Positions 20,205 through 29,809 of a DNA stretch of 64,000 nt are shown piece by piece. The first letter of the stretch is position 1. Each line of letters starts with the position of its first letter. A program made the translations under genes and the position numbers. Source of the stretch: Oscillospiraceae bacterium (lineage in GTDB: Bacteria > Bacillota > Clostridia > Oscillospirales > Ruminococcaceae); the NCBI GenBank assembly GCA_022508895.1, contig JAFLUH010000001.1, positions 77,265 to 141,264 on the forward strand, given 5' to 3'. The notes beneath the pieces were generated by a model, which had not been told where the DNA came from, ran no database searches, and was given only the letters and a program-made list of their open reading frames with translations.

Positions 20205-20890
20205 AAACAGCACTCATTACAGGTGGCAGCGGTGCTATAGGCAGTGCGCTTGTTGCAGAGTTTTCCTCAGATCATCGTGTGATTTTCACATTTTTAAAAA
20301 ATAGGAACAAAGCTGAAGAGATTGCTTTGAAATACGGTGCTGAAGCGGTTTGCTGCGATATAACATCCGAGAATGATATAAAAAAACTTTGTGCTTTGAC
20401 AAATAAGTGTGACCTGCTTATAAACAACGCCGGAATAAGCAATGTAGGTCTTTTTACCGATATGTCATACGGTGATGTGAGCAGCGTTGTCAATACCGAT
20501 CTTTTAGGTACCATGCTTATTACAAAGGCATTTTTACCGCTTATGATAAGCTGTAAAAGCGGCTGCATTATCAACATTTCTTCTATATGGGGGGTGCATG
20601 GTGCTTCCTGTGAGGCGGCTTACTCTGCTGCAAAAGCAGGGGTGATAGGTTTTACCAAGGCGTTGGCAAAAGAAGTGGGACGGTCAGGTGTGCGGGCGAA
20701 TTGCATTGCTCCGGGTCTTATTGAGAGCGAGATGAACGCACATTTGTCTGCTGATGAGCTGGAAGAATTTGTGAACGGAACGTCATTGAGCAGGATAGGG
20801 AAGCCTTCTGATGTTGCTCAGGCTGCACGTTACCTATCGCAGGCTGATTTTGTTACAGGGCAGGTTTTGGGTGTTGACGGCGGATTTTGA
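20201..20890 (+). CDS. SDR family oxidoreductase (FabG/YmfI-like)
   Basis: TGGSGAIG, NNAG, YSAAK, PGLIES, VTGQVLGVDGG. Confidence 0.92.
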   Translation: MKTALITGGSGAIGSALVAEFSSDHRVIFTFLKNRNKAEEIALKYGAEAVCCDITSENDIKKLCALTNKCDLLINNAGISNVGLFTDMSYGDVSSVVNTDLLGTMLITKAFLPLMISCKSGCIINISSIWGVHGASCEAAYSAAKAGVIGFTKALAKEVGRSGVRANCIAPGLIESEMNAHLSADELEEFVNGTSLSRIGKPSDVAQAARYLSQADFVTGQVLGVDGGF

Positions 20891-20917
20891 CCTTTTTTAC
20901 ATTTGGGGAGCAGCTGC

Positions 20918-21760
20918 ATGACTGAGGAAATACGGGAAAAATTTCGACAGCTTAAATTATGTGGCGAACGGAATAAAAGAAATTTCACTGACAAAGAAGC
21001 TTCAGATATAGCAGTTATTGATTATATGATGTGGCTTTTGGACAATGGGAATCTTTTTGACCCCAAGGATATATGCTTCGCTTTTTGGAATATATCCGAC
21101 AGTTACGCCATGCTCAGAAAAAGCAATGAGCTTTATAAAAATCACAAAAGATTTGCTGATTTTGTTTCTGATACCAAAGATGGATATAAATTTTTCCCGG
21201 TGTGTGATACTACTCAGCGTTTCACATTGATTTTAGGCGGATATGGTGATTTTTGGCATGGGCTTTACCGAGACGCTGTGGAGAATACTACTATGACATC
21301 TGAAAATTATCGCATTGCATACGAAGCACATCGTGCAGCTATGGGAGTACATAAGCGGCTCAGTATTCCTTTTGAACATCTGCAATACGCAAACGAAAGT
21401 TTTTTGAGTTTTTTGTTTAAATGCAGGGAAAGGGAAGAATACGATTTTTTTAAACTGATATATGATTCATGCTATATGAAAGCTTTTGAAGATACTGACA
21501 GAGATATTGAAAAATCTTGCATGACATTTTATAAATATCTTGCTGTTGATGACTACAAAACTCCCTATGTGCTGGGTGAATGGGAAAATCTGAATCATAA
21601 GAGAAGCGCTAAAAATCAAGCCGTTGTCGGTATAACATCAGCTGTCAACGCTCTTATAGATACAGGTGAGTCTAAACGTGCATCTGAGCTTTACGACTTC
21701 GCTAAGCAGCAGGGGCTGCCGGAGAATGCATATATAAACAACAGGATCGGAATTATGTAA
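20918..21760 (+). CDS. hypothetical protein
   Basis: open 280-codon frame with GGGGAG RBS and downstream terminator; no recognisable motif. Confidence 0.75.
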   Translation: MTEEIREKFRQLKLCGERNKRNFTDKEASDIAVIDYMMWLLDNGNLFDPKDICFAFWNISDSYAMLRKSNELYKNHKRFADFVSDTKDGYKFFPVCDTTQRFTLILGGYGDFWHGLYRDAVENTTMTSENYRIAYEAHRAAMGVHKRLSIPFEHLQYANESFLSFLFKCREREEYDFFKLIYDSCYMKAFEDTDRDIEKSCMTFYKYLAVDDYKTPYVLGEWENLNHKRSAKNQAVVGITSAVNALIDTGESKRASELYDFAKQQGLPENAYINNRIGIM

Positions 21761-21786
21761 AAAGCAGCACAATATGTGCTGCTTTT
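21760..21786. terminator. bidirectional intrinsic terminator
   Basis: AAAAGCAGCAC-aatat-GTGCTGCTTTT between convergent genes. Confidence 0.88.
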
Positions 21787-21790
21787 AAAT

Positions 21791-22606
21791 TTATATCTTT
21801 TTATATGTAAGGATCAAAAACTCTGTTTCCGTAGTTAGAGCCTCCAAGCTATCCAGCTTTTTTTGGTCTGACAAAGAAGTTTTATAATAATAAGGCGTCA
21901 TCGTAAACAGATTTTTGATATCTTCATTGCTTTCGAGCTGTATTTCTTTGTGCACTTCTTGCGAATTTAAAAGCTCAAAGCCTTTTATTTCCGTATTTTC
22001 GGGCTTGTTTTTATATGGAATGTCATAAACCGCTTGTTTCAGCTGATATAAATGATTTTCCAGCGGAATTGCAGTAATGAATATTCCGCCTCTTTTCAAC
22101 ACCCTGTAAAATTCATTAAGGCTGAGTGGAGCAAAGAGAGAAGTTACTATATCAAAGCATTCATCTTCAAACGGAAGCTTATATGCACTTGCAACAGCAA
22201 AGCTGACATTCGGACAGCTTTTGGCAGCTATTTTAAGAGCTTCCTTTGATACGTCTATAGCATAAACCTCCCCGCTTTTGCTTTCTGATACTGCATCGTA
22301 CATTCCCACAGTATAATATCCGTCGCCGCACCCCGAATCCAACAGGCTTACACCTTTGTCTGCGTATTTTTTTACTTCGGTGCAAAAACTGCTTTTTAAA
22401 TCCTCATAGTAACCTTTGTTTAAGAAATTATGACGGGCGTTTATCATCGTTTTATTATCGCCGTGACCTTTTTTGCCTCCCTTTATAAGCAGGTTGACAT
22501 AGCCGCTCGCGGATTTGTCAAAGCAGTGACCGCTGCTGCATTTAAACGAGGATTTGTCCTCTTTGAGGAGCTGACTGCATACCGGACATAAAAAACCGCT
22601 TATCAT
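21791..22606 (-). CDS. rlmA: 23S rRNA m1G methyltransferase, RlmA family
   Basis: CPVC...C..GHCFD Zn motif, LDSGCGDGYY, FTMTPYYYK; ATG 22606 after GGAG. Confidence 0.88.
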   Translation of the reverse strand: MISGFLCPVCSQLLKEDKSSFKCSSGHCFDKSASGYVNLLIKGGKKGHGDNKTMINARHNFLNKGYYEDLKSSFCTEVKKYADKGVSLLDSGCGDGYYTVGMYDAVSESKSGEVYAIDVSKEALKIAAKSCPNVSFAVASAYKLPFEDECFDIVTSLFAPLSLNEFYRVLKRGGIFITAIPLENHLYQLKQAVYDIPYKNKPENTEIKGFELLNSQEVHKEIQLESNEDIKNLFTMTPYYYKTSLSDQKKLDSLEALTTETEFLILTYKKI

Positions 22607-22635
22607 AATTGTCTCCAATCACAATTTATATTATG

Positions 22636-22664
22636 ATTATATAATAAAGGTTTTTAAAAGTCAA
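22636..22664 (-). promoter_or_regulatory. sigma-A promoter of rlmA
   Basis: minus strand TTGACT-N17-TATAAT. Confidence 0.7.
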
Positions 22665-22715
22665 TTATTCTGTTAAAGTGCCGCTGATAAGCGTATTGAC
22701 AGTGTTTGGTATAAG

Positions 22716-22744
22716 TTGACAAAATGACAGGTATATGGTATTAT
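22716..22744 (+). promoter_or_regulatory. sigma-A promoter of the HAD gene
   Basis: TTGACA-N17-TATTAT with extended TG. Confidence 0.7.
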
Positions 22745-22770
22745 ATATAATAATGTAAAATGGTGGTATT

Positions 22771-23418
22771 ATGTATAGTTGCGTGATTTTTGACCTTGAC
22801 GGTACGTTGCTGAATACACTCGATGATTTGGCTGATGCAGGCAATTATGCTCTTGTTCGGTTGGGGCTTCCTGTGCATACCGTTGAGGAATACAAGTATT
22901 ACATAGGCAACGGTATACCAAAGCTGATACAGCGCATCCTTCCGGCGCAAAGCAGTCGGGAGCTGTGCGATAAGGCACGCGGTCTTTTTTCGGAATATTA
23001 TTCTTCTCATTCCACCGACAAAACACGTCCTTACGACGGCATTTGTGATCTGATCTCAAGACTGGCGGACAATGGTATAAAAATAGGTGTTGCAACAAAT
23101 AAAGACCATGATTTTTCCGAAAAACTGGTTTGCACTTTTTTTGGTGATGCAGTCAGTGTTGTTTGCGGAAGAAAGGACAATACCCCCAAAAAGCCTGATC
23201 CCTTCTCCGTGAACTATATTATAGAAAAGATAGGAGCAGAAAAAAGCAAAACACTTTATGTAGGCGACAGCAACGTGGATATGGAGACAGCATACAATGC
23301 CGGATTGGATTCATGCGGCGTTTTATGGGGTTTCAGAACTGAAAAGGAGCTTCGTGAAAGCGGTGCGCACCATATTGTAAAAAATACAGACGAACTATAT
23401 CATATAATAAATATATAA
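22771..23418 (+). CDS. HAD-superfamily hydrolase (phosphoglycolate phosphatase-like)
   Basis: FDLDGTL, ATNK, KKPDP, YVGDSNVD. Confidence 0.92.
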   Translation: MYSCVIFDLDGTLLNTLDDLADAGNYALVRLGLPVHTVEEYKYYIGNGIPKLIQRILPAQSSRELCDKARGLFSEYYSSHSTDKTRPYDGICDLISRLADNGIKIGVATNKDHDFSEKLVCTFFGDAVSVVCGRKDNTPKKPDPFSVNYIIEKIGAEKSKTLYVGDSNVDMETAYNAGLDSCGVLWGFRTEKELRESGAHHIVKNTDELYHIINI

Positions 23419-23449
23419 ATTTAAAGTAGAACAATATTTGGAGAATAAA

Positions 23450-25180
23450 ATGAAAAGAAATAAAACACTTCTCTTCTCAATTTTGTTTTGGTTATTATCG
23501 GTTTCATTCTTGGTTATAGTGGTTTTTTTTATAAAAGCTGGGATCGATGATAAAGCAAGTGCGGCTGATAGTACTGACTTGAATGTAACGTGGCGCCTGA
23601 CAAATAATAATGTTGAGATCGACCCTGACGATCATTCTTATTATTCCGTAACTGCAACAGATAATGCTATTTCCATATATCATGAAGCAGAGTTTACAGC
23701 GGAGAATACAAGGCTGGCACTGAAAGCTTTTTTTGCTGATGTACAGGTATTTTTGAACGATAAACCGGTCTATTCAAGTAAAGACGGGTCTGACATACAA
23801 GAAAGCAATTTTTTCCCCATTGGCGCTCCGTCGCCGAAAATACATTTTATAGACTTTGAAAGCGTCTCCAAAGGCGATGTCATAAGAGTGGATGTTCAGC
23901 TATATTATAATGACGGTACAGATGGAATAAGTGGGGTTATGTACGGCACGGCCGACAAGGTGTCTGATGTGCTTGGAAAAAGTGAAGTTATAGGCATTAT
24001 CCTATGTACAGTGCTGTTTGCATTTGGTGTACTGATTCTGACAATGCGCCTTTCTTCTCGCAGCAACGCACTTACGTCGGGTTTGGAATATATCGCTTTC
24101 TTTTCTTTTTTCGGGGCGGCATTATCAATGCTGCACAGTCGGCTTATCAGCTCGGAAATAGGTCTTTCCGGCAATGTGGCATATATTTTATATTGCATGA
24201 CTTTTATGATCATGTACTTGCCCTTAATACTGTTTTTCGCAGAGAATATGACGTTAAGGCTTTCCAAGGCCATTCTCTATATTGATTCTATATTTCAGAT
24301 TTTATTTGCAGGTGCCGGGGCTGCTTTTGCGTCCAATGGCATAGTGGACATACATATAACTCACTTTTACGCAGAGATAATCGGGATAGTTCAATTTTTG
24401 ATTATTTTGATAGCACTGATACTTGAATTTGCGAAAAAAGCCGAGCGTTGGAATTCAGACCTTAAACTGCTGATAATATATGGAGTATTCTCTTTTGTAG
24501 TAGTGATAGGTCAGCTGCTTGCCCTCAATGGAGATGTCCCTGTTGTATGGCTTATTGCTTGTATTTTCCTTGTAATTGCCGTTACCGTTATCAGAGTCAG
24601 ATCGGCTTCCGAACATCTCAAAAGTGCAACAGAAACAGAAAAGATAGGTAAACTTGCTTTTGAGGACGGCCTGACCGGCGTTGGAAATACTGCTGCCTTT
24701 CGCAGAAAGCTGAGCCATCTGGAAATCGTTAAAATAAACTACAAGACAATCGGCATCATTCAATTCGATATAAATAATCTTAAAACCATAAACGATACAC
24801 TGGGACACGAAATGGGCGATAAGCTTATAACGGACGGTTCATCTATGATATCGAGGATATTTGGGAAAATAGGAGATGTATACCGAACCGGAGGAGACGA
24901 ATTTGTGGCCATAGTATGCGGTGACAAGGCGCTCGAGTTGTGCAGCAAAGCGATCATCGAATTTGAGACGGCAATGGATGAATATAATTCCGATCCTACT
25001 CACAAGTTTAAGTTGCAGGTAGCCTATGGAGTTGAATATTACAGCAGTGATACGGATAAACGCTTTACCTCACTTCGCCACATACAAAAGCTTGCAGACG
25101 AAAAAATGTATAATAAAAAACGTGAAATGAAGGCGATAGCTCAATATGACTCTGAAAAGGTCAGAAATGAGATAATTTGA
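23450..25180 (+). CDS. membrane-bound diguanylate cyclase
   Basis: N-terminal TM, extracellular domain, about 7 TMs, then DGLTGVGN, FDINNLKTINDTLGHEMGD, GGDEF, ADEKMY. Confidence 0.93.
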   Translation: MKRNKTLLFSILFWLLSVSFLVIVVFFIKAGIDDKASAADSTDLNVTWRLTNNNVEIDPDDHSYYSVTATDNAISIYHEAEFTAENTRLALKAFFADVQVFLNDKPVYSSKDGSDIQESNFFPIGAPSPKIHFIDFESVSKGDVIRVDVQLYYNDGTDGISGVMYGTADKVSDVLGKSEVIGIILCTVLFAFGVLILTMRLSSRSNALTSGLEYIAFFSFFGAALSMLHSRLISSEIGLSGNVAYILYCMTFMIMYLPLILFFAENMTLRLSKAILYIDSIFQILFAGAGAAFASNGIVDIHITHFYAEIIGIVQFLIILIALILEFAKKAERWNSDLKLLIIYGVFSFVVVIGQLLALNGDVPVVWLIACIFLVIAVTVIRVRSASEHLKSATETEKIGKLAFEDGLTGVGNTAAFRRKLSHLEIVKINYKTIGIIQFDINNLKTINDTLGHEMGDKLITDGSSMISRIFGKIGDVYRTGGDEFVAIVCGDKALELCSKAIIEFETAMDEYNSDPTHKFKLQVAYGVEYYSSDTDKRFTSLRHIQKLADEKMYNKKREMKAIAQYDSEKVRNEII

Positions 25181-25207
25181 TAATATGCTTATTAAGGAGG
25201 AACAGTA

Positions 25208-26047
25208 ATGACAGCTGAGGAAAAACTTGAAAAATGCTATGAAAGCTTTAAAAGAAAAATTGATTTTAAGCCTTCAGTCGCCCTTATTTTGGGTTCGGGA
25301 TTGGGAGCGTTGGCAGATGAAATAGATGTAAAAGCTGTACTGAATTATAGCGAGATCGAAGGCTTTCCCATGTCTACAGTTCCCGGACATAAAGGTCGAT
25401 TTGTTTTTGGGCATATAGAGAATGTACCTGTTGTGATAATGCAGGGAAGAGTACACTATTATGAGGGCTATTCCATGCAGGACGTGGTTTTGCCCACCAG
25501 ACTCATGCGTAAAATGGGCGCTGATGTGCTTTTTCTGACCAATGCTTCAGGTGCGGCAAACCCTGCTTTTTCAGCCGGTGATTTCATGCTCATAACCGAT
25601 CAAATATCTGATTTTGTACCCAGTCCGCTTATAGGCGCTAACTTTGAATCTCTTGGAACACGTTTTCCCGATATGAGCGAGATATACAATAAGCAGCTGC
25701 GTTCCATAATCAAGGAAACCGCCGAAAGTATCGGAATAAAGCTGCAAGAGGGAGTATATATCCAGCTTACGGGTCCTAATTTTGAATCGCCTTCCGAGGT
25801 GAGAATGTGTAAGCTGTTAGGGGCAGATGCGATAGGAATGAGCACTGCCTGCGAAGCGATTGCTGCCAATCACGCAGGAATGAAAATATGCGGTATAAGC
25901 TGTGTCGCAAATCTTGGCTGCGGACTTACCGATAATCCCTTGACTCACGCTGAGGTGATGGAAGCGGCTGATAAGGCTGCGCCGTTGTTTAAAAAGCTGA
26001 TAAAAGCATCAATAATCAACATTGCAAAGCAGCTTAAAATTGTTTAG
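25208..26047 (+). CDS. punA: purine-nucleoside phosphorylase (trimeric type)
   Basis: LILGSGLG, GHKGRFVFG, QGRVHYYEG, GPNFES, GMSTACE. Confidence 0.93.
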   Translation: MTAEEKLEKCYESFKRKIDFKPSVALILGSGLGALADEIDVKAVLNYSEIEGFPMSTVPGHKGRFVFGHIENVPVVIMQGRVHYYEGYSMQDVVLPTRLMRKMGADVLFLTNASGAANPAFSAGDFMLITDQISDFVPSPLIGANFESLGTRFPDMSEIYNKQLRSIIKETAESIGIKLQEGVYIQLTGPNFESPSEVRMCKLLGADAIGMSTACEAIAANHAGMKICGISCVANLGCGLTDNPLTHAEVMEAADKAAPLFKKLIKASIINIAKQLKIV

Positions 26048-26056
26048 AATCGTTTA

Positions 26057-26099
26057 ACAAGACCATAACCGTTCTTTTTTGAATGGTAATGGTTCTTGT
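26057..26099 (+). terminator. imperfect inverted repeat, possible terminator or processing site
   Basis: ACAAGACCATAACCGTTC ... GAATGGTAATGGTTCTTGT. Confidence 0.45.
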
Positions 26100-26165
26100 A
26101 TTTTCAAGGGCAATTTGATGCAAAGTCATTTTAATTGATAAATTATATGAAAGGAAAGAAAAAAC

Positions 26166-27434
26166 ATGAAAATTCGCTTTTATAATGCAAGAATAATGAC
26201 TGCTGAGAAAGATTGCAGCATAATAACCGGTGAACTGCATACTGAAAACGACGTCATAAGCTATGTTGGTGAAGAAAACACTAACGGCGAAAAATTTGAC
26301 CGAGAGATAGATTGCCGTGGTGATCTCATTATTCCGGGATTCAAAAATGCACATACACATTCCGCAATGACTTTCCTACGTTCTTATGCCGATGATCTTC
26401 CTCTACAGGAATGGCTGTTTGAGCGGGTTTTCCCCAGAGAAGATAAACTTACTCCCGATGATGTGTATCATTTAACAAAACTGGCAATACTTGAGTATCT
26501 GACAAGCGGCATAACATCATGCTTTGATATGTATTTTTTTGGCGACTCCATTGCTGCTGCATCAAAGGATATAGGCTTTCGTATGGTACTGTGCGGCGCA
26601 GTAAGCGGGGGCGCTGATAAGATAAAGCGTCTTGAGGACGAATATCAGCGTTTTAACGGAATGGGTGACCTTATTTCCTATCAGTTAGGCTTTCACGCCG
26701 AATATACGGCTGAAACGGCTTTGCTGAAGGAGATAGCGTCATTGTCAAAAAGTCTGAAAGCGCCTGTTTATACTCATAATTCAGAAACCGAAAGGGAAGT
26801 CAAGGAATGTATAGAACGGCACGGTAAAACTCCCACAGAATTTTTTGAGGAGCTGGGAATGTTTGAGTACGGCGGTGGCGGTTTTCACTGTGTACACATG
26901 AGCGAAACCGATTTGAACATATTCAGGCAAAGAGGACTCTGGGCAGTCACCAATCCCGGCTCCAACACGAAGCTTGCAAGCGGCATAGCTCCTATATGTG
27001 AAATGCAAAGCCGTGGGATAAACATTGCGATAGGAACGGACGGACCTGCCAGCAACAACTGTCTGGATATGTTCAGAGAGATGTTTCTTGTAACAGGTTT
27101 GCAAAAGCTGTCGCAAATGGACGCTTCCGCCTGCGATGCCGATACAGTGCTTCAAATGGCTGTAAAGGGAGGCGCGCTTGCAGCAGGTCTTACAAGCTGC
27201 GACTGTCTTGCAGAAGGAAAGAAGGCAGACCTTGTTCTGGTCGACCTGAACAGACCTAATATGCAGCCTCTGAACAACATCGGAAAAAATCTTGTTTATA
27301 GCGGAAGTAAGGAAAATGTAAAACTGACTATGATAAACGGCAGGATCTTGTACGAAAACGGAGAGTTCTATGTAGGAACTGATGTGAATGAAATATACAG
27401 AAAAGCAAATGAGATTGCTGAAAGACTGAGATGA
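26166..27434 (+). CDS. mtaD: amidohydrolase, MTA/SAH deaminase-like
   Basis: PGFKNAHTHSAM, HNSET, GTDGPASNN, EGKKADLV. Confidence 0.8.
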   Translation: MKIRFYNARIMTAEKDCSIITGELHTENDVISYVGEENTNGEKFDREIDCRGDLIIPGFKNAHTHSAMTFLRSYADDLPLQEWLFERVFPREDKLTPDDVYHLTKLAILEYLTSGITSCFDMYFFGDSIAAASKDIGFRMVLCGAVSGGADKIKRLEDEYQRFNGMGDLISYQLGFHAEYTAETALLKEIASLSKSLKAPVYTHNSETEREVKECIERHGKTPTEFFEELGMFEYGGGGFHCVHMSETDLNIFRQRGLWAVTNPGSNTKLASGIAPICEMQSRGINIAIGTDGPASNNCLDMFREMFLVTGLQKLSQMDASACDADTVLQMAVKGGALAAGLTSCDCLAEGKKADLVLVDLNRPNMQPLNNIGKNLVYSGSKENVKLTMINGRILYENGEFYVGTDVNEIYRKANEIAERLR

Positions 27435-28774
27435 TCGAAGATATAAGATTTCCCCGGTATGTGCTGACACTTCTTGACCGCTTGGAGGATTCGGGTTTTG
27501 AGGCTTATCTGGTAGGAGGATGTGTTCGTAATGCATTGATGGGATTAGAGACCCATGATTACGATATTACCACCTCTGCATTGCCAGATGAGATCAAAAG
27601 TGTTTTTAGCGATATGCGCATTGTGGAAACAGGGATAAAGCACGGAACCGTTACGGTCATTTCTGATGCAATAACTGCGGAGATCACCACATATCGCTCA
27701 GACAGCACTTATGAAGACCATCGTCATCCGCAAAGCGTGATTTTTACCTCGCGTCTTCAAGAAGACCTTTCGAGACGTGATTTTACGGTAAACGCCATAG
27801 CTTACTCTGAAAAGCGTGGCTTAGTTGATATGTTTGACGGAATTGCGCACTTAAAGCAAGGGGCTCTTTGCTGTGTAGGAGATGCGGATAAACGGTTTGA
27901 CGAGGACGCACTGAGAATAATGCGGGGTTTGCGTTTTATGTCAGAGTACGGCTTCAGACTTGACAATAAAACTTCCTCCGCACTGCACGAAAAAAAGGAA
28001 CTTCTTAATGAAATCTCGGCTGAACGGGTAAACAGTGAATTAAGCAGGCTTTTATGCGGAAATTCCGTTTTTTTATTACAAGTATTGCGGGAATACTGGG
28101 ATATTTTTGCGGTCATCATTCCTGAGATCGCCGATTGTCAAGGCTTCAAGCAGCATACTCATTACCATGACCGTGACGTTTGGGAGCACACGATCGCTGC
28201 CGTATGCAGCATTGATCCCGTGCTGCATTTGCGTCTTACTATGCTTTTGCACGATTTGGGAAAGCCTGCCGCCTACTCCTTTTATGACGGTGCCGGTCAT
28301 TTCAAGGGACATGGAGCTATCAGCGCTGATATTTGCAGGCGTACCATGAATAAGCTGCGATTTGACAGTGAAACATCACATAAAGCACAGTTTCTGATAG
28401 AGCGGCATGATATGGTTATGACTGACGACCCTATCCTTATAAAAAAACATCTGAATAAATTCGGGAGTGATCTTTATTTTGATCTGATCAAAATCCATAT
28501 TGCGGACGATATGGCGAAATCTCCCGATGCGCAGGGTCGTATAGCCACTTACCGTTCCGCTGCAGAAACCGCAAATAAAATTTTATCGCAAAATGAATGT
28601 TTTTTATTGAAAAATCTGGAAATAAACGGGAATGATATAATGAAGCTGGGATTTGTAGGGAAAGAGGTAGGCTTGGTGCTTGACTGGCTGCTGAATTCGG
28701 TAATAGAAGGGAAATGCGCTAACAAAAAAGACGCATTGTTCGATTATCTTGAGCAAAACAGAAATAATATATGA
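27431..28774 (+). CDS. cca: CCA-adding tRNA nucleotidyltransferase with HD domain
   Basis: AYLVGGCVRN, DYDITT, EDLSRRDFTVNA, EDALRIMR, LLHDLGK. Confidence 0.92.
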   Translation: MIEDIRFPRYVLTLLDRLEDSGFEAYLVGGCVRNALMGLETHDYDITTSALPDEIKSVFSDMRIVETGIKHGTVTVISDAITAEITTYRSDSTYEDHRHPQSVIFTSRLQEDLSRRDFTVNAIAYSEKRGLVDMFDGIAHLKQGALCCVGDADKRFDEDALRIMRGLRFMSEYGFRLDNKTSSALHEKKELLNEISAERVNSELSRLLCGNSVFLLQVLREYWDIFAVIIPEIADCQGFKQHTHYHDRDVWEHTIAAVCSIDPVLHLRLTMLLHDLGKPAAYSFYDGAGHFKGHGAISADICRRTMNKLRFDSETSHKAQFLIERHDMVMTDDPILIKKHLNKFGSDLYFDLIKIHIADDMAKSPDAQGRIATYRSAAETANKILSQNECFLLKNLEINGNDIMKLGFVGKEVGLVLDWLLNSVIEGKCANKKDALFDYLEQNRNNI

Positions 28775-28789
28775 AAGGAAACAACTTTT

Positions 28790-29809
28790 ATGTCATCTGT
28801 GGATATAGGAATAGATCTGGGTACTGCTAACACAATTATAACGATCGGAGGCAAGGGCATCGTCATCAATGAACCCAGTGTGGTTGCTTACGACAAAAAG
28901 AAAAAGCGTGTTCTTGCGGTGGGAGCGGATGCATATAAAATGATCGGCCGCACTCCCGAATATATCATTGCAGTAAAGCCGCTTAGAGACGGAGTTATAT
29001 CCGATAATGAAACAACAGAGGCGATGGTTGCAGCTTTTATCAAAAAAGTAAGCAGCAGTATGATGCTCAAGCCGAGAATAATACTCTGTGTGCCTTCCTC
29101 CGTCACTGACGTAGAGAACCGTGCAGTGGTGGAAGCCGCACTGTCCGCAGGCGCAAGAAAAGTATTCATTATAAAGGAGCCTATTGCAGCTTTACTTGGC
29201 GCAGGAATTGATATATCCAAGGCTAAGGGCACTATGGTTGTGGATATCGGCGGAGGCACGACCGATATAGCTGTAGCCTCGTTCAATGGCATTGTTCAGG
29301 ATACGTCCATAAAAATTGCAGGAAACAAATTTGACGACGCTATCATAAAACATATTTCTGCCAAATATAAGATACTTATAGGAGAAAAAACTGCGGAGCA
29401 AGCTAAAATGCAGCTTTCAAATGTATATAATCCCGATGCAAGCAGGACTATGGTAGTAAAGGGACGCAATCTGATAAAAGGACTTCCTGAAAGTCTGGAG
29501 ATAAGCGAAGCAGATACTTACGATGCTTTAATAGATCTGGTAGAAGAGATCACTCTGGGTATAAGGAACGTTCTGGAACGCACTCCGCCTGAATTGGTGG
29601 GAGATATTCTTGCCAGCGGAATAATACTGACAGGCGGCGGAGCACTTCTGGGAGGGCTGGACAAATACATTCAGAAGCACATAGGTGCTCCATGTTATGT
29701 GGCAGACAACCCCCTCGAATGTGTAGCCAGAGGTGTCGAAGCAGCATTTGACCTTTCGGAAGATTTAATGGACGGTTTTGAAAAAATATCCATATACAGA
29801 TATAAATGA
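28790..29809 (+). CDS. mreB: MreB/Mbl actin-like rod shape protein
   Basis: GIDLGTAN, INEPSVVA, VDIGGGTTD, LTGGGALL; mreB versus mbl cannot be resolved. Confidence 0.88.
   Translation: MSSVDIGIDLGTANTIITIGGKGIVINEPSVVAYDKKKKRVLAVGADAYKMIGRTPEYIIAVKPLRDGVISDNETTEAMVAAFIKKVSSSMMLKPRIILCVPSSVTDVENRAVVEAALSAGARKVFIIKEPIAALLGAGIDISKAKGTMVVDIGGGTTDIAVASFNGIVQDTSIKIAGNKFDDAIIKHISAKYKILIGEKTAEQAKMQLSNVYNPDASRTMVVKGRNLIKGLPESLEISEADTYDALIDLVEEITLGIRNVLERTPPELVGDILASGIILTGGGALLGGLDKYIQKHIGAPCYVADNPLECVARGVEAAFDLSEDLMDGFEKISIYRYK

Noticed and set aside
26781-27536. 251-aa minus-strand ORF
   Set aside because: Antisense shadow of mtaD and cca; protein is not family-like.
28790-29809. Orphan actin (no mreC or mreD) as a plasmid ParM or Alp
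   Set aside because: Sequence is a standard MreB/Mbl in a housekeeping context; multiple dispersed mreB paralogs are common in Clostridia.
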